61,604 nt of DNA, from contig CAAEBO010000045.1 in assembly GCA_900754085.1 (NCBI GenBank), forward strand, positions 1 to 61,604, in the 5' to 3' direction. Shown one piece after another: positions 45,649-55,619 of this stretch (the stretch's first letter is position 1; each line of letters begins with the position of its first letter). The notes below the pieces were generated by a model. The model ran no database searches and was not told the origin of the DNA. It saw only the letters and a list, made by a program, of their open reading frames with translations. This DNA is from Clostridia bacterium. Its GTDB lineage: Bacteria > Bacillota > Clostridia > TANB77 > CAG-508. A program made the translations under genes and the position numbers.

Positions 45649-46449
45649 ATGTTTGAAAACGTAGTAGGTTTCTTTAAAAAGTTACTAAAAAAAGAAGATG
45701 AAGAAGAAAATAATAAAGATATGGCTAAAGAAAGATTACATCTTGTTTTAATGCAAGACAGAGCTAATGTATCTGCAGACTTTTTAGAAATGATGAAGCA
45801 AGAAATTATAGAAGTAATTAAAAAGTATATAGATGTAGATGAAAGAGAAATAGATGTACATTTAACTAATAAAACTAACGAGGATGGCTCTGCCGCAGCA
45901 CCAGCTTTATATGCTAATATTCCTATAGTTAGCATTAAACATACAGGTGAAATAGATGACGAAATAAAAGAAAAGGTTCAAGAAGAAATAGAAGAAAAAA
46001 ATAATAAAGATAAAAAAGATACTAAAAATGAAAATTCAAAAGAAATAAAACAAGAAGTAAAAGAAGAACAAGGAAATAAAGAAAAAATAGAATCAAAACA
46101 GGAAGAACCAAAACAAGAAAACAGTGAAGAAAACAAAGTAGATAATGCAGATAGTAAGAACAAAGCTATAGAAGAAACTAAAATTAAAGAAGAAAAAACT
46201 AATAATGTAGAGAAGCAAGAAGAAAATAAAAAAGATCAAAAAGAAGAACATATTTCTACTACTAATAACAATGAAAAAGAAAAACAAGAGAACGAAGAAA
46301 ATAAAAAAATAGATAATAAAGAAGTTAGTACAAATAAAGAAATAAATAAGCAAGAAGAAAATGCACAGGAAAAAACACAAATAAAACAAGAGCCTGTAAT
46401 ACATAATAACAGTAAAAGAAGGAATAAAAAAAGAAAAGGTAGAAGATAA
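45649..46449 (+). CDS. minE: cell division topological specificity factor MinE with about 170-aa K/E/N-rich C-terminal extension
   Basis: First ~98 aa are MinE (FFKKLLKK..., AKERLHLVLMQDRANVSADFLEMMKQEIIEVIKKYIDVD). The rest is a low-complexity charged tract ending in the polybasic SKRRNKKRKGRR. Confidence 0.8.
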   Translation: MFENVVGFFKKLLKKEDEEENNKDMAKERLHLVLMQDRANVSADFLEMMKQEIIEVIKKYIDVDEREIDVHLTNKTNEDGSAAAPALYANIPIVSIKHTGEIDDEIKEKVQEEIEEKNNKDKKDTKNENSKEIKQEVKEEQGNKEKIESKQEEPKQENSEENKVDNADSKNKAIEETKIKEEKTNNVEKQEENKKDQKEEHISTTNNNEKEKQENEENKKIDNKEVSTNKEINKQEENAQEKTQIKQEPVIHNNSKRRNKKRKGRR

Positions 46450-46509
46450 GAGGATGTATAACAAATAAAGATAGAATAACTATAAAATTAAATACGAAAA
46501 GGATGAAAG

Positions 46510-47616
46510 ATGAGAAAGAAGATATTAAAAAACATTGACTGGGGAATTTTTATATGTTGCATTCTACTTTCAATTATAGGAATGGTAGCACTGTTTTCTG
46601 CTACATACGATTCAGAAGACACAAGTTTGCAGAGGCAATTAATATGGTTTGTTATTTGTATTCCGATAGTATTCATAATTATATTTATAGATTATGAATC
46701 GATTGCAAAAATATCGCCAATACTGTATGGGGCGGTTCTGCTACTCTTGGTGGCAGTATTATTTACAGATTCGGTAAATGGAGCACGAAGTTGGTTCGAT
46801 TTTGGATTTCTTTCAATTCAACCTGCTGAATTTGCAAAAATAGCAGTAGTTCTGACTTTGGCGCTTGTGCTATGCAAAATACAAGAAAAAGATAAAAATG
46901 ATATAAACAAACCTACTAAATTATTAATGGCTTTAGCAGTAGTAGGAATTCCAGTACTTTTAATAATAAAACAACCAGATTATGGTACAGCTGCAGCATT
47001 TATAGTTGCTACAGTAATGATGATATTTACAGCAGGTATTAACAAAAAATATATAATAGGAACAATATTACTAATAGTTATAGCTGTTCCATTATTATAC
47101 TTTTTTGTATTACCAAGTCATGCAAAGCAAAGAATAGAAGTATTTTTAAATCCAGAGTCTGACCCACGTGGTTCAGGATATAATTTAACACAATCTAAAT
47201 TAGCTATAGGAGCTGGACAATTAACAGGAATGGGATTATTAAAAGGAAACCAAACACAACTTGGCTTTTTATATCCTAAGACAACAGACTTTATATTTTC
47301 TGTAATAGGTGAAGAAATGGGATTTGTAGGGGCAGGAGCTGTTATAATAATTTATGTAATACTCATAACCAAAGCAATATATGTATCAAAAACAGCAAAA
47401 GACGATTTAGGTTCATATATTGCAATAGGAATAGCAGGAATATTTTTGTTTCATATGTTAGAAAACATAGGAATGACAATGGGATTGCTACCAATAACAG
47501 GTGTTCCGTTACCTTTTGTAAGTTATGGAGGAAGCTCTTTGCTAACTAATTTTATTTTAATAGCAATACTTTTAAATATAAGTGGAAGAAGGCAAAAAGC
47601 AATATTTATAGAGTAA
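46510..47616 (+). CDS. rodA: SEDS-family peptidoglycan polymerase RodA (FtsW/RodA/SpoVE)
   Basis: About 10 TM helices. QPAEFAKI, TDFIFSVIGEEMGF, GVPLPFVSYGGSS. Follows minE as in other Firmicutes. Confidence 0.8.
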   Translation: MRKKILKNIDWGIFICCILLSIIGMVALFSATYDSEDTSLQRQLIWFVICIPIVFIIIFIDYESIAKISPILYGAVLLLLVAVLFTDSVNGARSWFDFGFLSIQPAEFAKIAVVLTLALVLCKIQEKDKNDINKPTKLLMALAVVGIPVLLIIKQPDYGTAAAFIVATVMMIFTAGINKKYIIGTILLIVIAVPLLYFFVLPSHAKQRIEVFLNPESDPRGSGYNLTQSKLAIGAGQLTGMGLLKGNQTQLGFLYPKTTDFIFSVIGEEMGFVGAGAVIIIYVILITKAIYVSKTAKDDLGSYIAIGIAGIFLFHMLENIGMTMGLLPITGVPLPFVSYGGSSLLTNFILIAILLNISGRRQKAIFIE

Positions 47617-47647
47617 AATATTAAAGAAATTTAATAAGGAATGTATA

Positions 47648-47684
47648 ATCCACTAAAGTATAAATATTTTAGTGGATATTTTTA
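47648..47684 (+). terminator. rho-independent terminator after rodA
   Basis: ATCCACTAAA / TTTAGTGGAT, 10-bp stem, then ATTTTTAT. Confidence 0.7.
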
Positions 47685-47759
47685 TATTATAATGTTATAG
47701 CAAATGGTAGAACACAATAAGAATATACATTCGCTTTTGAGAAATAAAGGAGAAATAAG

Positions 47760-48743
47760 ATGTATTTAAAAAGCATTAAAATTGGAAATTTAGAATTAAA
47801 AAACAATATATTCTTAGCACCTATGGCAGGAATTACAGACAAGCCATTTAGAATTTTGTGCAAAGAAATGGGTGTAGGTCTTGCAACAACTGAAATGGTA
47901 AGCACTAAGGCTATTTTCTACAATGATAATAAGACAAAAAAATTGTATAATTCAGAAGGTGAGGAAGGACCAATTAGCATTCAATTATTTGGAAGTGACA
48001 TAGAAGCAATTAAGTATGCTACACAAGAAATAGACAAGATTGCAGATATTATAGACTTTAATATGGGATGTCCTGCTCCAAAGATTGTAAAAAATGGTGA
48101 TGGAAGTAATTTATTACTTCATTTAGATCTGTTAGAGAAAATTGTTAAGGCGATAAGAGAGAATACAAGCAAACCAATTACATTTAAAATAAGAAAAGGT
48201 TGGGACGAAAACTCTATTGTAGCAGAAGAAGCCGCTAAAATAATAGAAAGAGCAGGTGGAGATGCAATTGTAATTCATGGAAGGACTAGAAAAGAATTTT
48301 ACTCTGGAAAAGCAGATTGGGATATTATAAAAAAAGTAAAAGAAAGTGTAAAAATTCCGGTTATAGGAAATGGAGATATACTAGACGAAGAAACAGCATT
48401 AAAAATGTTTAAGGAGACAAATGTAGATGGAATAATGATAGGAAGAGCTGCATTTGGAAATCCATGGATATTTAGAGAAATAATATACTTTTTGGAAAAT
48501 GGAAAGAAACTAGAAAAGCCAACTTTAGATGAAAGATACAATACGATGGTAAGCCACATTAATATGGAAATAGAAGAAAGAGGAGAAGAAGTTGCAATAA
48601 AAGAAATGAGAAAACAACTAAGTTGGTATATAAAGAATTTAAAAGATGCAAGTAATATGAGAGATAAAATAAATAAAATAGTTTCTAAAGAAGAATTATT
48701 AAAAGAAATAAAAGATTATTTTGAATATATAAAAAGTAATTGA
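47760..48743 (+). CDS. dusB: tRNA-dihydrouridine synthase
   Basis: LAPMAGITDKPFR, DFNMGCPAPKI, IHGRTR, IGNGDI. Confidence 0.85.
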   Translation: MYLKSIKIGNLELKNNIFLAPMAGITDKPFRILCKEMGVGLATTEMVSTKAIFYNDNKTKKLYNSEGEEGPISIQLFGSDIEAIKYATQEIDKIADIIDFNMGCPAPKIVKNGDGSNLLLHLDLLEKIVKAIRENTSKPITFKIRKGWDENSIVAEEAAKIIERAGGDAIVIHGRTRKEFYSGKADWDIIKKVKESVKIPVIGNGDILDEETALKMFKETNVDGIMIGRAAFGNPWIFREIIYFLENGKKLEKPTLDERYNTMVSHINMEIEERGEEVAIKEMRKQLSWYIKNLKDASNMRDKINKIVSKEELLKEIKDYFEYIKSN

Positions 48744-48751
48744 ATAAAATG

Positions 48752-48783
48752 AAAAAAGAATAGTGTAATCCTATTCTTTTTTA
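48752..48783 (+). terminator. rho-independent terminator after dusB
   Basis: AAAAGAATAG-TGTAATC-CTATTCTTTT plus T run. Confidence 0.75.
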
Positions 48784-48871
48784 TTTGGGAAATTATCTTT
48801 GGTAATGAAAATTTTTGTAGTAGATAATTGGCGTTTATTAAGATTTAAAAAAATTTTGTTGGGAGGGGCAT

Positions 48872-49465
48872 ATGAAAATTAATAAATTAATAATAGTTAT
48901 TATATTTATAGTAATTATTATAAGTGTAGGTATTTTTATGTTAAAAAATAATAAAAAAGTTGAAATTGGGAATAATGATAGTAATCAAATTTTAAATATG
49001 AACTCGTATAAAGCTCAGATAGAATTAACTGTTATAAGCAATAAAAATACTAACAAATATAAAGTTATGCAAGAATATAAAAAAGATGAATATTGCATTC
49101 AAGAAATAGTGGAACCAGAAAATATTAAAGGTGTAAAAATAGAATATAGTAATAATACTCTAACATTAAAAAATACCAATTTAAATCTTACAAACATTTA
49201 TGAAAATTATAAATATATCGCAGAAAATAATTTGTTTTTAGATAAATTTATAGAAGACTTTAAAAACAGTGAAAATTCAAGCAAGCAAGAATCAGAAAAT
49301 GAATTTATTTTAACTACAGATTGTAAAACAAAAGAAAATAAATATCAGGTTAAAAAGAAATTAGTTATAAATAAACAAACAAATAAGCCAGTAAAATTAG
49401 AAGTACAAGACATTAACCAAAATATAACTGCTTACATATTATATAATGAGATAAGTTATAAGTAG
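48872..49465 (+). CDS. hypothetical membrane-anchored protein (possibly LolA-fold/YdcC-like)
   Basis: GGGAGGGG RBS. N-terminal TM anchor ([17 protein letters not shown]), beta-rich remainder. Fold suggestion only by position upstream of mazF and by composition. Confidence 0.45.
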   Translation: MKINKLIIVIIFIVIIISVGIFMLKNNKKVEIGNNDSNQILNMNSYKAQIELTVISNKNTNKYKVMQEYKKDEYCIQEIVEPENIKGVKIEYSNNTLTLKNTNLNLTNIYENYKYIAENNLFLDKFIEDFKNSENSSKQESENEFILTTDCKTKENKYQVKKKLVINKQTNKPVKLEVQDINQNITAYILYNEISYK

Positions 49466-49536
49466 TAAAAAGCTATTTTCTTTATCTCGAGCTAGTATTT
49501 AAAACAAGATATATACTAATAATGGGAGTGAAGAAA

Positions 49537-49887
49537 ATGAATATAAGAAGAGGCGACATGTTTTATGCAGACTTAAGTCCTGTTGTTGGCTCAGAGCAAG
49601 GAGGAATTAGACCAGTTTTAATAATTCAAAATGATTTAGGAAATAAGTATAGTCCAACTGTAATTGCAGCTGCAATTACATCTCAAAAAACTAAAAATAA
49701 GTTGCCTACACATATAGAAATAAATTCAAAAGATTTTGGGTTAAAATCAGATTCTATAGTGCTTGCAGAACAAATTAGAACAATAGACAAAAGTAGATTA
49801 AAAGAGAGAATAGGACATATAGATAATGATGAAATTATAGGTAAAATAAATAATGCGTTAGGGGTTAGCTTTGGATTAGGCGAATAA
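49537..49887 (+). CDS. mazF: mRNA interferase toxin MazF/EndoA (PemK family)
   Basis: [47 protein letters not shown]...LPTHIEI...[17 protein letters not shown] closely parallels B. subtilis EndoA. Start at ATG 49537 after GGGAG. Confidence 0.85.
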   Translation: MNIRRGDMFYADLSPVVGSEQGGIRPVLIIQNDLGNKYSPTVIAAAITSQKTKNKLPTHIEINSKDFGLKSDSIVLAEQIRTIDKSRLKERIGHIDNDEIIGKINNALGVSFGLGE

Positions 49888-49936
49888 AATTGTTATTAGA
49901 ATTGATTTATTTTTATAACAATTCTAAGTATAAAAA

Positions 49937-49982
49937 AGCGTGTATGAGATTTAATTAAGTTTTAAAAAATCTTATACACGCT
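49937..49982. terminator. long hairpin (bidirectional terminator) between convergent mazF and HD-GYP genes
   Basis: AGCGTGTATGAGATTT / AAATCTTATACACGCT, 16-bp stem (one G-T), 14-nt loop. The arm is related to the hairpin at 59167. Confidence 0.7.
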
Positions 49983-50006
49983 ATAATTATTAGAATAATT
50001 AAAAGA

Positions 50007-50035
50007 GGGATTTTAAGGACCGTCCCCAAAATCCC
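50007..50035 (-). repeat. REP-like element, reverse copy
   Basis: GGGATTTTAAGGACCGTCCCCAAAATCCC, 13 nt beyond the stop of minus-strand gene 50049-50987. Confidence 0.9.
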
Positions 50036-50048
50036 GCATAAATTCTAG

Positions 50049-50987
50049 TTAGACTTGTAGTTTTTTTATTATTTTTATTTCTTCATATAATTTTTCTACT
50101 ATTTCTTTTCTGGTTATATATGCTGTTTGATATTCATGATATATTTTGTGGATATTACTAAAGTTTTCGCCTTCTTCAAAAAGTATTTCCATTCCTTCTT
50201 TGTAATAGTTCTTTTTCTTTTCTGTGTGTGCTTTTTCCATTTTTTCTTCATATTCTAAAATTTGTTCTATTCTTTTTATTTGATTTTTTAAATAGTCTAC
50301 ATATCCAGAAACACAACTAATTTCATAATAAGTGTCATCTATTACTACTTTAAATAAAGCTTTTACAACTTTTTTATTAAGTTTACCAAGTTTTACTCCT
50401 TGTGCAGCATTGTCTAAAGCTGCAACTTTAATGTTTGGAGTAGTGTCTTTTATTAAGTCTTTTAAAGTGTCAGATATGTGAATATGTGTTTTGTATTGTC
50501 TTTTGGTAACTAAGGCATCGTAATCGTCTGCTACTTTTATAATTTGATCTTCGTATGGAATAGAAGAACCTTCTAAACCTTCTGGATAGCCTGTACCATC
50601 TAATGTTTCATGATGATATTTAGGACCAAGTGCATATGGTCTTAAGCGAATATCATCTATACACATTTTATAACCAATAAGTGTATGTGTCTTCATAATA
50701 TCAAATTCTTCATCAGTTAGCTTATCCGGTTTATTTAGAATTTTTGCAGGTATAAACATTTTACCAATATCATGAAGATATGCACAAATTGTACAATAAG
50801 AAGTGAAATTTTTATCACAATGCAAATATTCACATAATCTACAAGTAATACTTGCAACATTTTCACTATGGATTCTTGTAAAAGGGTCTAGACTGTCTAA
50901 CATAGTTAATTGATATCTCATTGTGACATCTAAATTATATGATTTTAAAGTGGTTTTATCATAAAAATCAAATTTGTTATCTAACAT
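50049..50987 (-). CDS. HD-GYP domain protein (putative c-di-GMP phosphodiesterase), paralogue A
   Basis: HSENVA, YLHDIGKMFIP, HHETLDGTGYPEGL, VADDYDALVTKRQYK. Coiled-coil C-terminal extension. Confidence 0.8.
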   Translation of the reverse strand: MLDNKFDFYDKTTLKSYNLDVTMRYQLTMLDSLDPFTRIHSENVASITCRLCEYLHCDKNFTSYCTICAYLHDIGKMFIPAKILNKPDKLTDEEFDIMKTHTLIGYKMCIDDIRLRPYALGPKYHHETLDGTGYPEGLEGSSIPYEDQIIKVADDYDALVTKRQYKTHIHISDTLKDLIKDTTPNIKVAALDNAAQGVKLGKLNKKVVKALFKVVIDDTYYEISCVSGYVDYLKNQIKRIEQILEYEEKMEKAHTEKKKNYYKEGMEILFEEGENFSNIHKIYHEYQTAYITRKEIVEKLYEEIKIIKKLQV

Positions 50988-51009
50988 TTAAAACTCCTCT
51001 TTAGTAAAA

Positions 51010-51900
51010 TTATATTTTTAATTTTTTAATTTCTTTTAATTCTGCATTTAATTTATCTATAATTTTTTCTTTTTCGGTTAAAGCATTTTCATAATCTTCT
51101 AGAATACCTAAACAATTGTCTACAGTTTCACCAGTATCAAGCAACATTTTCATTCCTTCTAAATAATAATTTTTTTGTTTTTCAGAAGAAACAGACATCA
51201 TTTTATCATGATATTTTTTTACTTGTTTTAATCTTTTTATGTTTTCTTTTAAGTAATCTAAATAGTTAAAAGCAGAAGATATTTCGTAAATAGTATCGTC
51301 TATTACAACTTTTTTTAGTGCTTTTGTAGCGGGGATATTATTTTTTCCATTATGTGCGTTTTCTATTAATATTTTTAAAGTATCAACAATACCAATATGA
51401 GATTTATATTGTCTTTTACTAACAATGGCATCAAATTCATCTGCAACTCTAATAATTTGCGCTTCTATTGGAATTTTGTCACCTGCTAACCCATCTGGAT
51501 AACCTTTACCATTTAAAGCTTCGTGATGGTATTTGGCACCAGCTGAATATGGTCTTAAATTAAGATCATCCATACACATTTTATAGCCAATAGTTGTATG
51601 TGTTTTCATAATTTCATATTCTTCATCTGTAAGTTTTGCAGGTTTTTGCAAAATAGAAGGTGGAATAAACATTTTTCCAATATCATGTAAATATGCACAA
51701 GTAGTACAATATATAGTAAAATCTTTATTTAAATGCAAATAATCACAAATTCTACAAGTTATATTTGCAACGCTTTCAGAATGTTTACGTGTAAAATTGT
51801 CTAGTGAATCTAACATTTTTAATTGATACCTAGCTGTTGAATCTAAGTCGTAAGATTTTAAGACAGTTTTATCATAAAAGTCAAATTTTTCTTTAATCAT
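51010..51900 (-). CDS. HD-GYP domain protein, paralogue B
   Basis: HSESVA, YLHDIGKMFIP, HHEALNGKGYPDGL (Asp to Asn in the DGxGYP part), VADEFDAIVSKRQYK. Collinear with paralogue A over most of its length. Confidence 0.8.
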   Translation of the reverse strand: MIKEKFDFYDKTVLKSYDLDSTARYQLKMLDSLDNFTRKHSESVANITCRICDYLHLNKDFTIYCTTCAYLHDIGKMFIPPSILQKPAKLTDEEYEIMKTHTTIGYKMCMDDLNLRPYSAGAKYHHEALNGKGYPDGLAGDKIPIEAQIIRVADEFDAIVSKRQYKSHIGIVDTLKILIENAHNGKNNIPATKALKKVVIDDTIYEISSAFNYLDYLKENIKRLKQVKKYHDKMMSVSSEKQKNYYLEGMKMLLDTGETVDNCLGILEDYENALTEKEKIIDKLNAELKEIKKLKI

Positions 51901-52065
51901 TTTGTTACTCCTTTGTATATTATTATTACATATAAGTAATTAATTAATCCGAAATTTCTACAAAAATATAATATCATTAAATGAAATAAAGTTCAATATA
52001 TTGTTGATTTATATCGATTTTTAATATATTATAAGTAGGTACAAAAAGATAAAAAGGTGATAAAA

Positions 52066-55000
52066 ATGTATTTAAAAAGATTAGAATTACAAGGATTTAA
52101 ATCCTTTGCAGATAAAACAATTTTAGAATTTATGACAGGAATTACTACAGTTATAGGACCTAATGGGTCTGGAAAAAGTAATATTTCGGATGCAATTCGT
52201 TGGGTATTAGGAGAACAAAGTATAAAATCTTTAAGGGGAGCTAAATCTGAAGATATAATTTTTGCTGGAACGCAAAATAGAAAGTCTTTAGGTTTTGCAG
52301 AAGCATCTTTAGTTTTTGATAATAATGATGGTAAATTGCCAATAGAATATTCAGAAGTTACAGTTACAAGAAGAATATATAGAACTGGTGAAACAGGATA
52401 TTTTATAAATAAAACGCCATGTAGATTAAAAGATATTTTAGAATTATTTATGGACACAGGAATAGGAAAAGATGGATATTCTATTATAGGGCAAGGAAAA
52501 ATAGATGAAATATTAAGCAATAAATCAGAAGATAGAAGACATATTTTTGAAGAAGCAGCAGGAATTGTAAAATATCGTTCAAGAAAAGAAGATTCAGAAA
52601 AGAAATTAGAAAGAGCAAAATTAAATTTATTAAGAATAAACGATATATTATCAGAAATAGAAAATAATATAGAACCATTAAAAATTCAATCAGAAAAAGC
52701 TAAGAAATTTTTAAGTTTAAGAGAAGAATTAAAGGGAATAGAAGTAGGACTATTTTTATATAACATAGACTTATATAAAGAAAGATTAGAAAAAATAACA
52801 GCAGACGAAGAAATTATGAATTCAACATATGAAAGTGAAGAGAACAGTCAAAAATTAAAAAATGAAGAAAAGAACAATTTGAAGTTAGAAATAAATAACT
52901 TAATAGAAGAAATAGAAAAAATGCAAAATATTGGTTTCGAAAGTACAAACCAAATAGAAAAAATAAATTCTAATATAAATGTTTCAGAAGAAAGAATTAA
53001 TAATATAAAAGAAAACAATATAAGATATGAAACAGAAATAAATGAATTAAACGAGAAAATAGAAGAGCTAAAAGAAGAAGAGAAACAAAAAATAGCTAAA
53101 AAAGAAAATTTATATAGTAACAAAGAAAAGTTCGAAAAAGAGTTAAAAGAGAAAGAAGAAGAATTAAGTAAATTAACAACCAAATTATCTAGTAAACAGT
53201 TAGAAATAGAAAATAAAAAAAGAATAATAGAAGAAAACACAGACAATAAATATGAAATTCAGAATGAAATAAATACACAAGATGTAAAAGTGGATTCTAT
53301 AATAAAAAATGTTAAATCAAAAACAGAAGAATTGGAGCTTACAATTTCAGAATTAGACCAATCTAGATTAAAGAAAAGTGAAATAGAGCAAAACTTTTTA
53401 GATATCGAAAACAAAAGGAATAAAATAAAAAATGATTTAAGTGAAATAGAAAATAAGAAGATAGAAGCAGATAATAAAATAAAAACGTTTGAATTACAAA
53501 TAAATCAATTAGGACAAGAAATTAGAATAAAAGAATCTAGATTAAAGTTTTTAGAAGAAACAGAAAAAGAAAAAGAAGGATATACAAAAAGTGTTAAATC
53601 TTTACTTAAATCTGCAGAAGCAAATAAGGAATTGAAAAAAGGATTACACGATGTAGTAGCAAATTTAATAAATGTTAAAAAGGAATATGAAATTGCAATA
53701 GAAATGGCATTAGGTGCAAGCCTTCAAAACGTAGTTACAGAAACAGAACAAGATGCTAAAAACTTAATAGAATACTTAAGAAAGAACAATTTAGGAAGAG
53801 TAACGTTTTTACCTATTTCAGCAGTTAATGGTAAAAAACTAGAAAAGGCACACTTAAATATTAAAGGTGTAATAGGAATTGCATCAGATTTAGTAGAATA
53901 CAATAATAAATATGATGGAATATTTAAAAATTTATTAGGAAGAACAGTAATTGTAGAAGATATGGAAGCAGGAATTGCTGTGGCTAAGAAAAATAGTTAT
54001 TCTTTTAGAATTGTAACATTAAAAGGAGATATAATTAATTCTTCTGGAGCTATGACAGGTGGTTCTGTACAAACTAAAACAGTGAATATATTAGGAAGAA
54101 GTAGAGAGATAGAAGCACTAAAGGAAGAATTAAAAGGTTTAAATATAAAAATAAAAAATAAAGAAGAAGAAAAAGAAAAATATATAGATAGCATAGAAGA
54201 CCTATTAGAAACAATAGAAAGTTTAGAAACTAATTTACAAGAGATTGATATAGAGTATGCTACACAAAAACAAAAAGTAGAGCTAATAGTAGAAAATGTT
54301 GATAAATTAGTTAATAGAATGGATAAAACTAAACAAGAAATAGAAAATTTAAACAAACAAAAGATAGAAATTACTGAACATAAAAAACAATTAATAGAAA
54401 GCCTAGAAAATTTAGAAGAAGAGATTCAAAAATTAAATCTAGAAGTAGAAGAATTTGTTAGATTAAATAAAGATGACCAAACATATATAGATAATTTAAA
54501 CATGGATATAACAAACTTAAAAATATCTGTATCATCATTTGAAGAAAGCGAAATGTCAATAGACGAGATTACAGAAAGAATAAAAATAGATATAAAAAAT
54601 AATACATTAAGTTTAGAAATGAAGAAAGAGCAGATAGAAAAGAATAAACAAGAAGAGGAAAGTTTAAAGGCTAAAATAGAAGAATTACAAAATGATATTA
54701 TTAAGATAAAAGAAAATGTAAAAAATAGTGGCTCAAAAATAGAAGAATTAAAAAATGAAAAAAATGAGAAGAATACTTATTTAGAGAAAATAGAAAAAGA
54801 TATAGAAGAGCAATTTACAAAATTACAAGATATAAAAGAGCAACTAGTAAAAATTGATATAAAGAAAAATAAGACATCACAAGATTTAGAAGATGTAGTT
54901 AATAAACTATGGGAAGAATACGAATTAACTCCTAATAATGCAGGTGGATTTACAAAAACAACAGATCAAGCTAAAACACAAAAAGAAGTTAATTATTTAC

Positions 55001-55611
55001 GAACACAAATTAGAGACTTAGGAAGTATAAATATAGATTCTATTAAAGAATACCAAATATTAAAAGAAAGATATGACTTTATGTGTGAACAAAGACTAGA
55101 CTTAGAAAATTCTATGTCAAAATTAAGAAATGTAATTTCTGAAATGATAAATATAATGAAGACACAATTTAAAGATAAATTTAAACTTATAAACAAAAAC
55201 TTTAACGAAGTATTTACAGAATTATTTGGTGGAGGAAAAGCAGAATTAATATTAGAAAACGAAGAAGATGTTTTAAACTGTGGAATAGACATAAGAGTAC
55301 AACCACCAGGTAAAAAGCTACAAAATATGACATTACTATCTGGAGGAGAAAAAGCATTTACAGCAATTGCAATATTATTTGCAATATTAAAAATAAATCC
55401 AGCACCATTCTGTGTATTAGACGAAATAGAAGCAGCATTAGATGACGTTAATGTTAACAGATATGCAGAATACCTAAAGAAATTTGCAACATATACACAA
55501 TTCTTAGTAATAACACATAGAAAAGGAACAATGGAAGCAGCAGACACAGTATATGGAATAACAATGGAAGAAAACGGAATAAGTAAATTACTTTCTATGA
55601 AACTAAAATAA
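52066..55611 (+). CDS. smc: chromosome partition protein Smc
   Basis: MYLKRLELQGFKSF, GPNGSGKSNI, long coiled coils, hinge (LGRVTFLP), LSGGEKA, FCVLDEIEAALD. Start at ATG 52066 after AAAGGTGA. Confidence 0.9.
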   Translation: MYLKRLELQGFKSFADKTILEFMTGITTVIGPNGSGKSNISDAIRWVLGEQSIKSLRGAKSEDIIFAGTQNRKSLGFAEASLVFDNNDGKLPIEYSEVTVTRRIYRTGETGYFINKTPCRLKDILELFMDTGIGKDGYSIIGQGKIDEILSNKSEDRRHIFEEAAGIVKYRSRKEDSEKKLERAKLNLLRINDILSEIENNIEPLKIQSEKAKKFLSLREELKGIEVGLFLYNIDLYKERLEKITADEEIMNSTYESEENSQKLKNEEKNNLKLEINNLIEEIEKMQNIGFESTNQIEKINSNINVSEERINNIKENNIRYETEINELNEKIEELKEEEKQKIAKKENLYSNKEKFEKELKEKEEELSKLTTKLSSKQLEIENKKRIIEENTDNKYEIQNEINTQDVKVDSIIKNVKSKTEELELTISELDQSRLKKSEIEQNFLDIENKRNKIKNDLSEIENKKIEADNKIKTFELQINQLGQEIRIKESRLKFLEETEKEKEGYTKSVKSLLKSAEANKELKKGLHDVVANLINVKKEYEIAIEMALGASLQNVVTETEQDAKNLIEYLRKNNLGRVTFLPISAVNGKKLEKAHLNIKGVIGIASDLVEYNNKYDGIFKNLLGRTVIVEDMEAGIAVAKKNSYSFRIVTLKGDIINSSGAMTGGSVQTKTVNILGRSREIEALKEELKGLNIKIKNKEEEKEKYIDSIEDLLETIESLETNLQEIDIEYATQKQKVELIVENVDKLVNRMDKTKQEIENLNKQKIEITEHKKQLIESLENLEEEIQKLNLEVEEFVRLNKDDQTYIDNLNMDITNLKISVSSFEESEMSIDEITERIKIDIKNNTLSLEMKKEQIEKNKQEEESLKAKIEELQNDIIKIKENVKNSGSKIEELKNEKNEKNTYLEKIEKDIEEQFTKLQDIKEQLVKIDIKKNKTSQDLEDVVNKLWEEYELTPNNAGGFTKTTDQAKTQKEVNYLRTQIRDLGSINIDSIKEYQILKERYDFMCEQRLDLENSMSKLRNVISEMINIMKTQFKDKFKLINKNFNEVFTELFGGGKAELILENEEDVLNCGIDIRVQPPGKKLQNMTLLSGGEKAFTAIAILFAILKINPAPFCVLDEIEAALDDVNVNRYAEYLKKFATYTQFLVITHRKGTMEAADTVYGITMEENGISKLLSMKLK

Positions 55612-55619
55612 CAAAAACA

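Noticed and set aside
45943-46449. K/E-rich region after the MinE domain as a separate gene or a tandem-repeat array
   Set aside because: It is in the same frame with no intervening stop or internal RBS plus start that I can see, and no exact nucleotide periodicity. Kept as a C-terminal extension and flagged as a finding.
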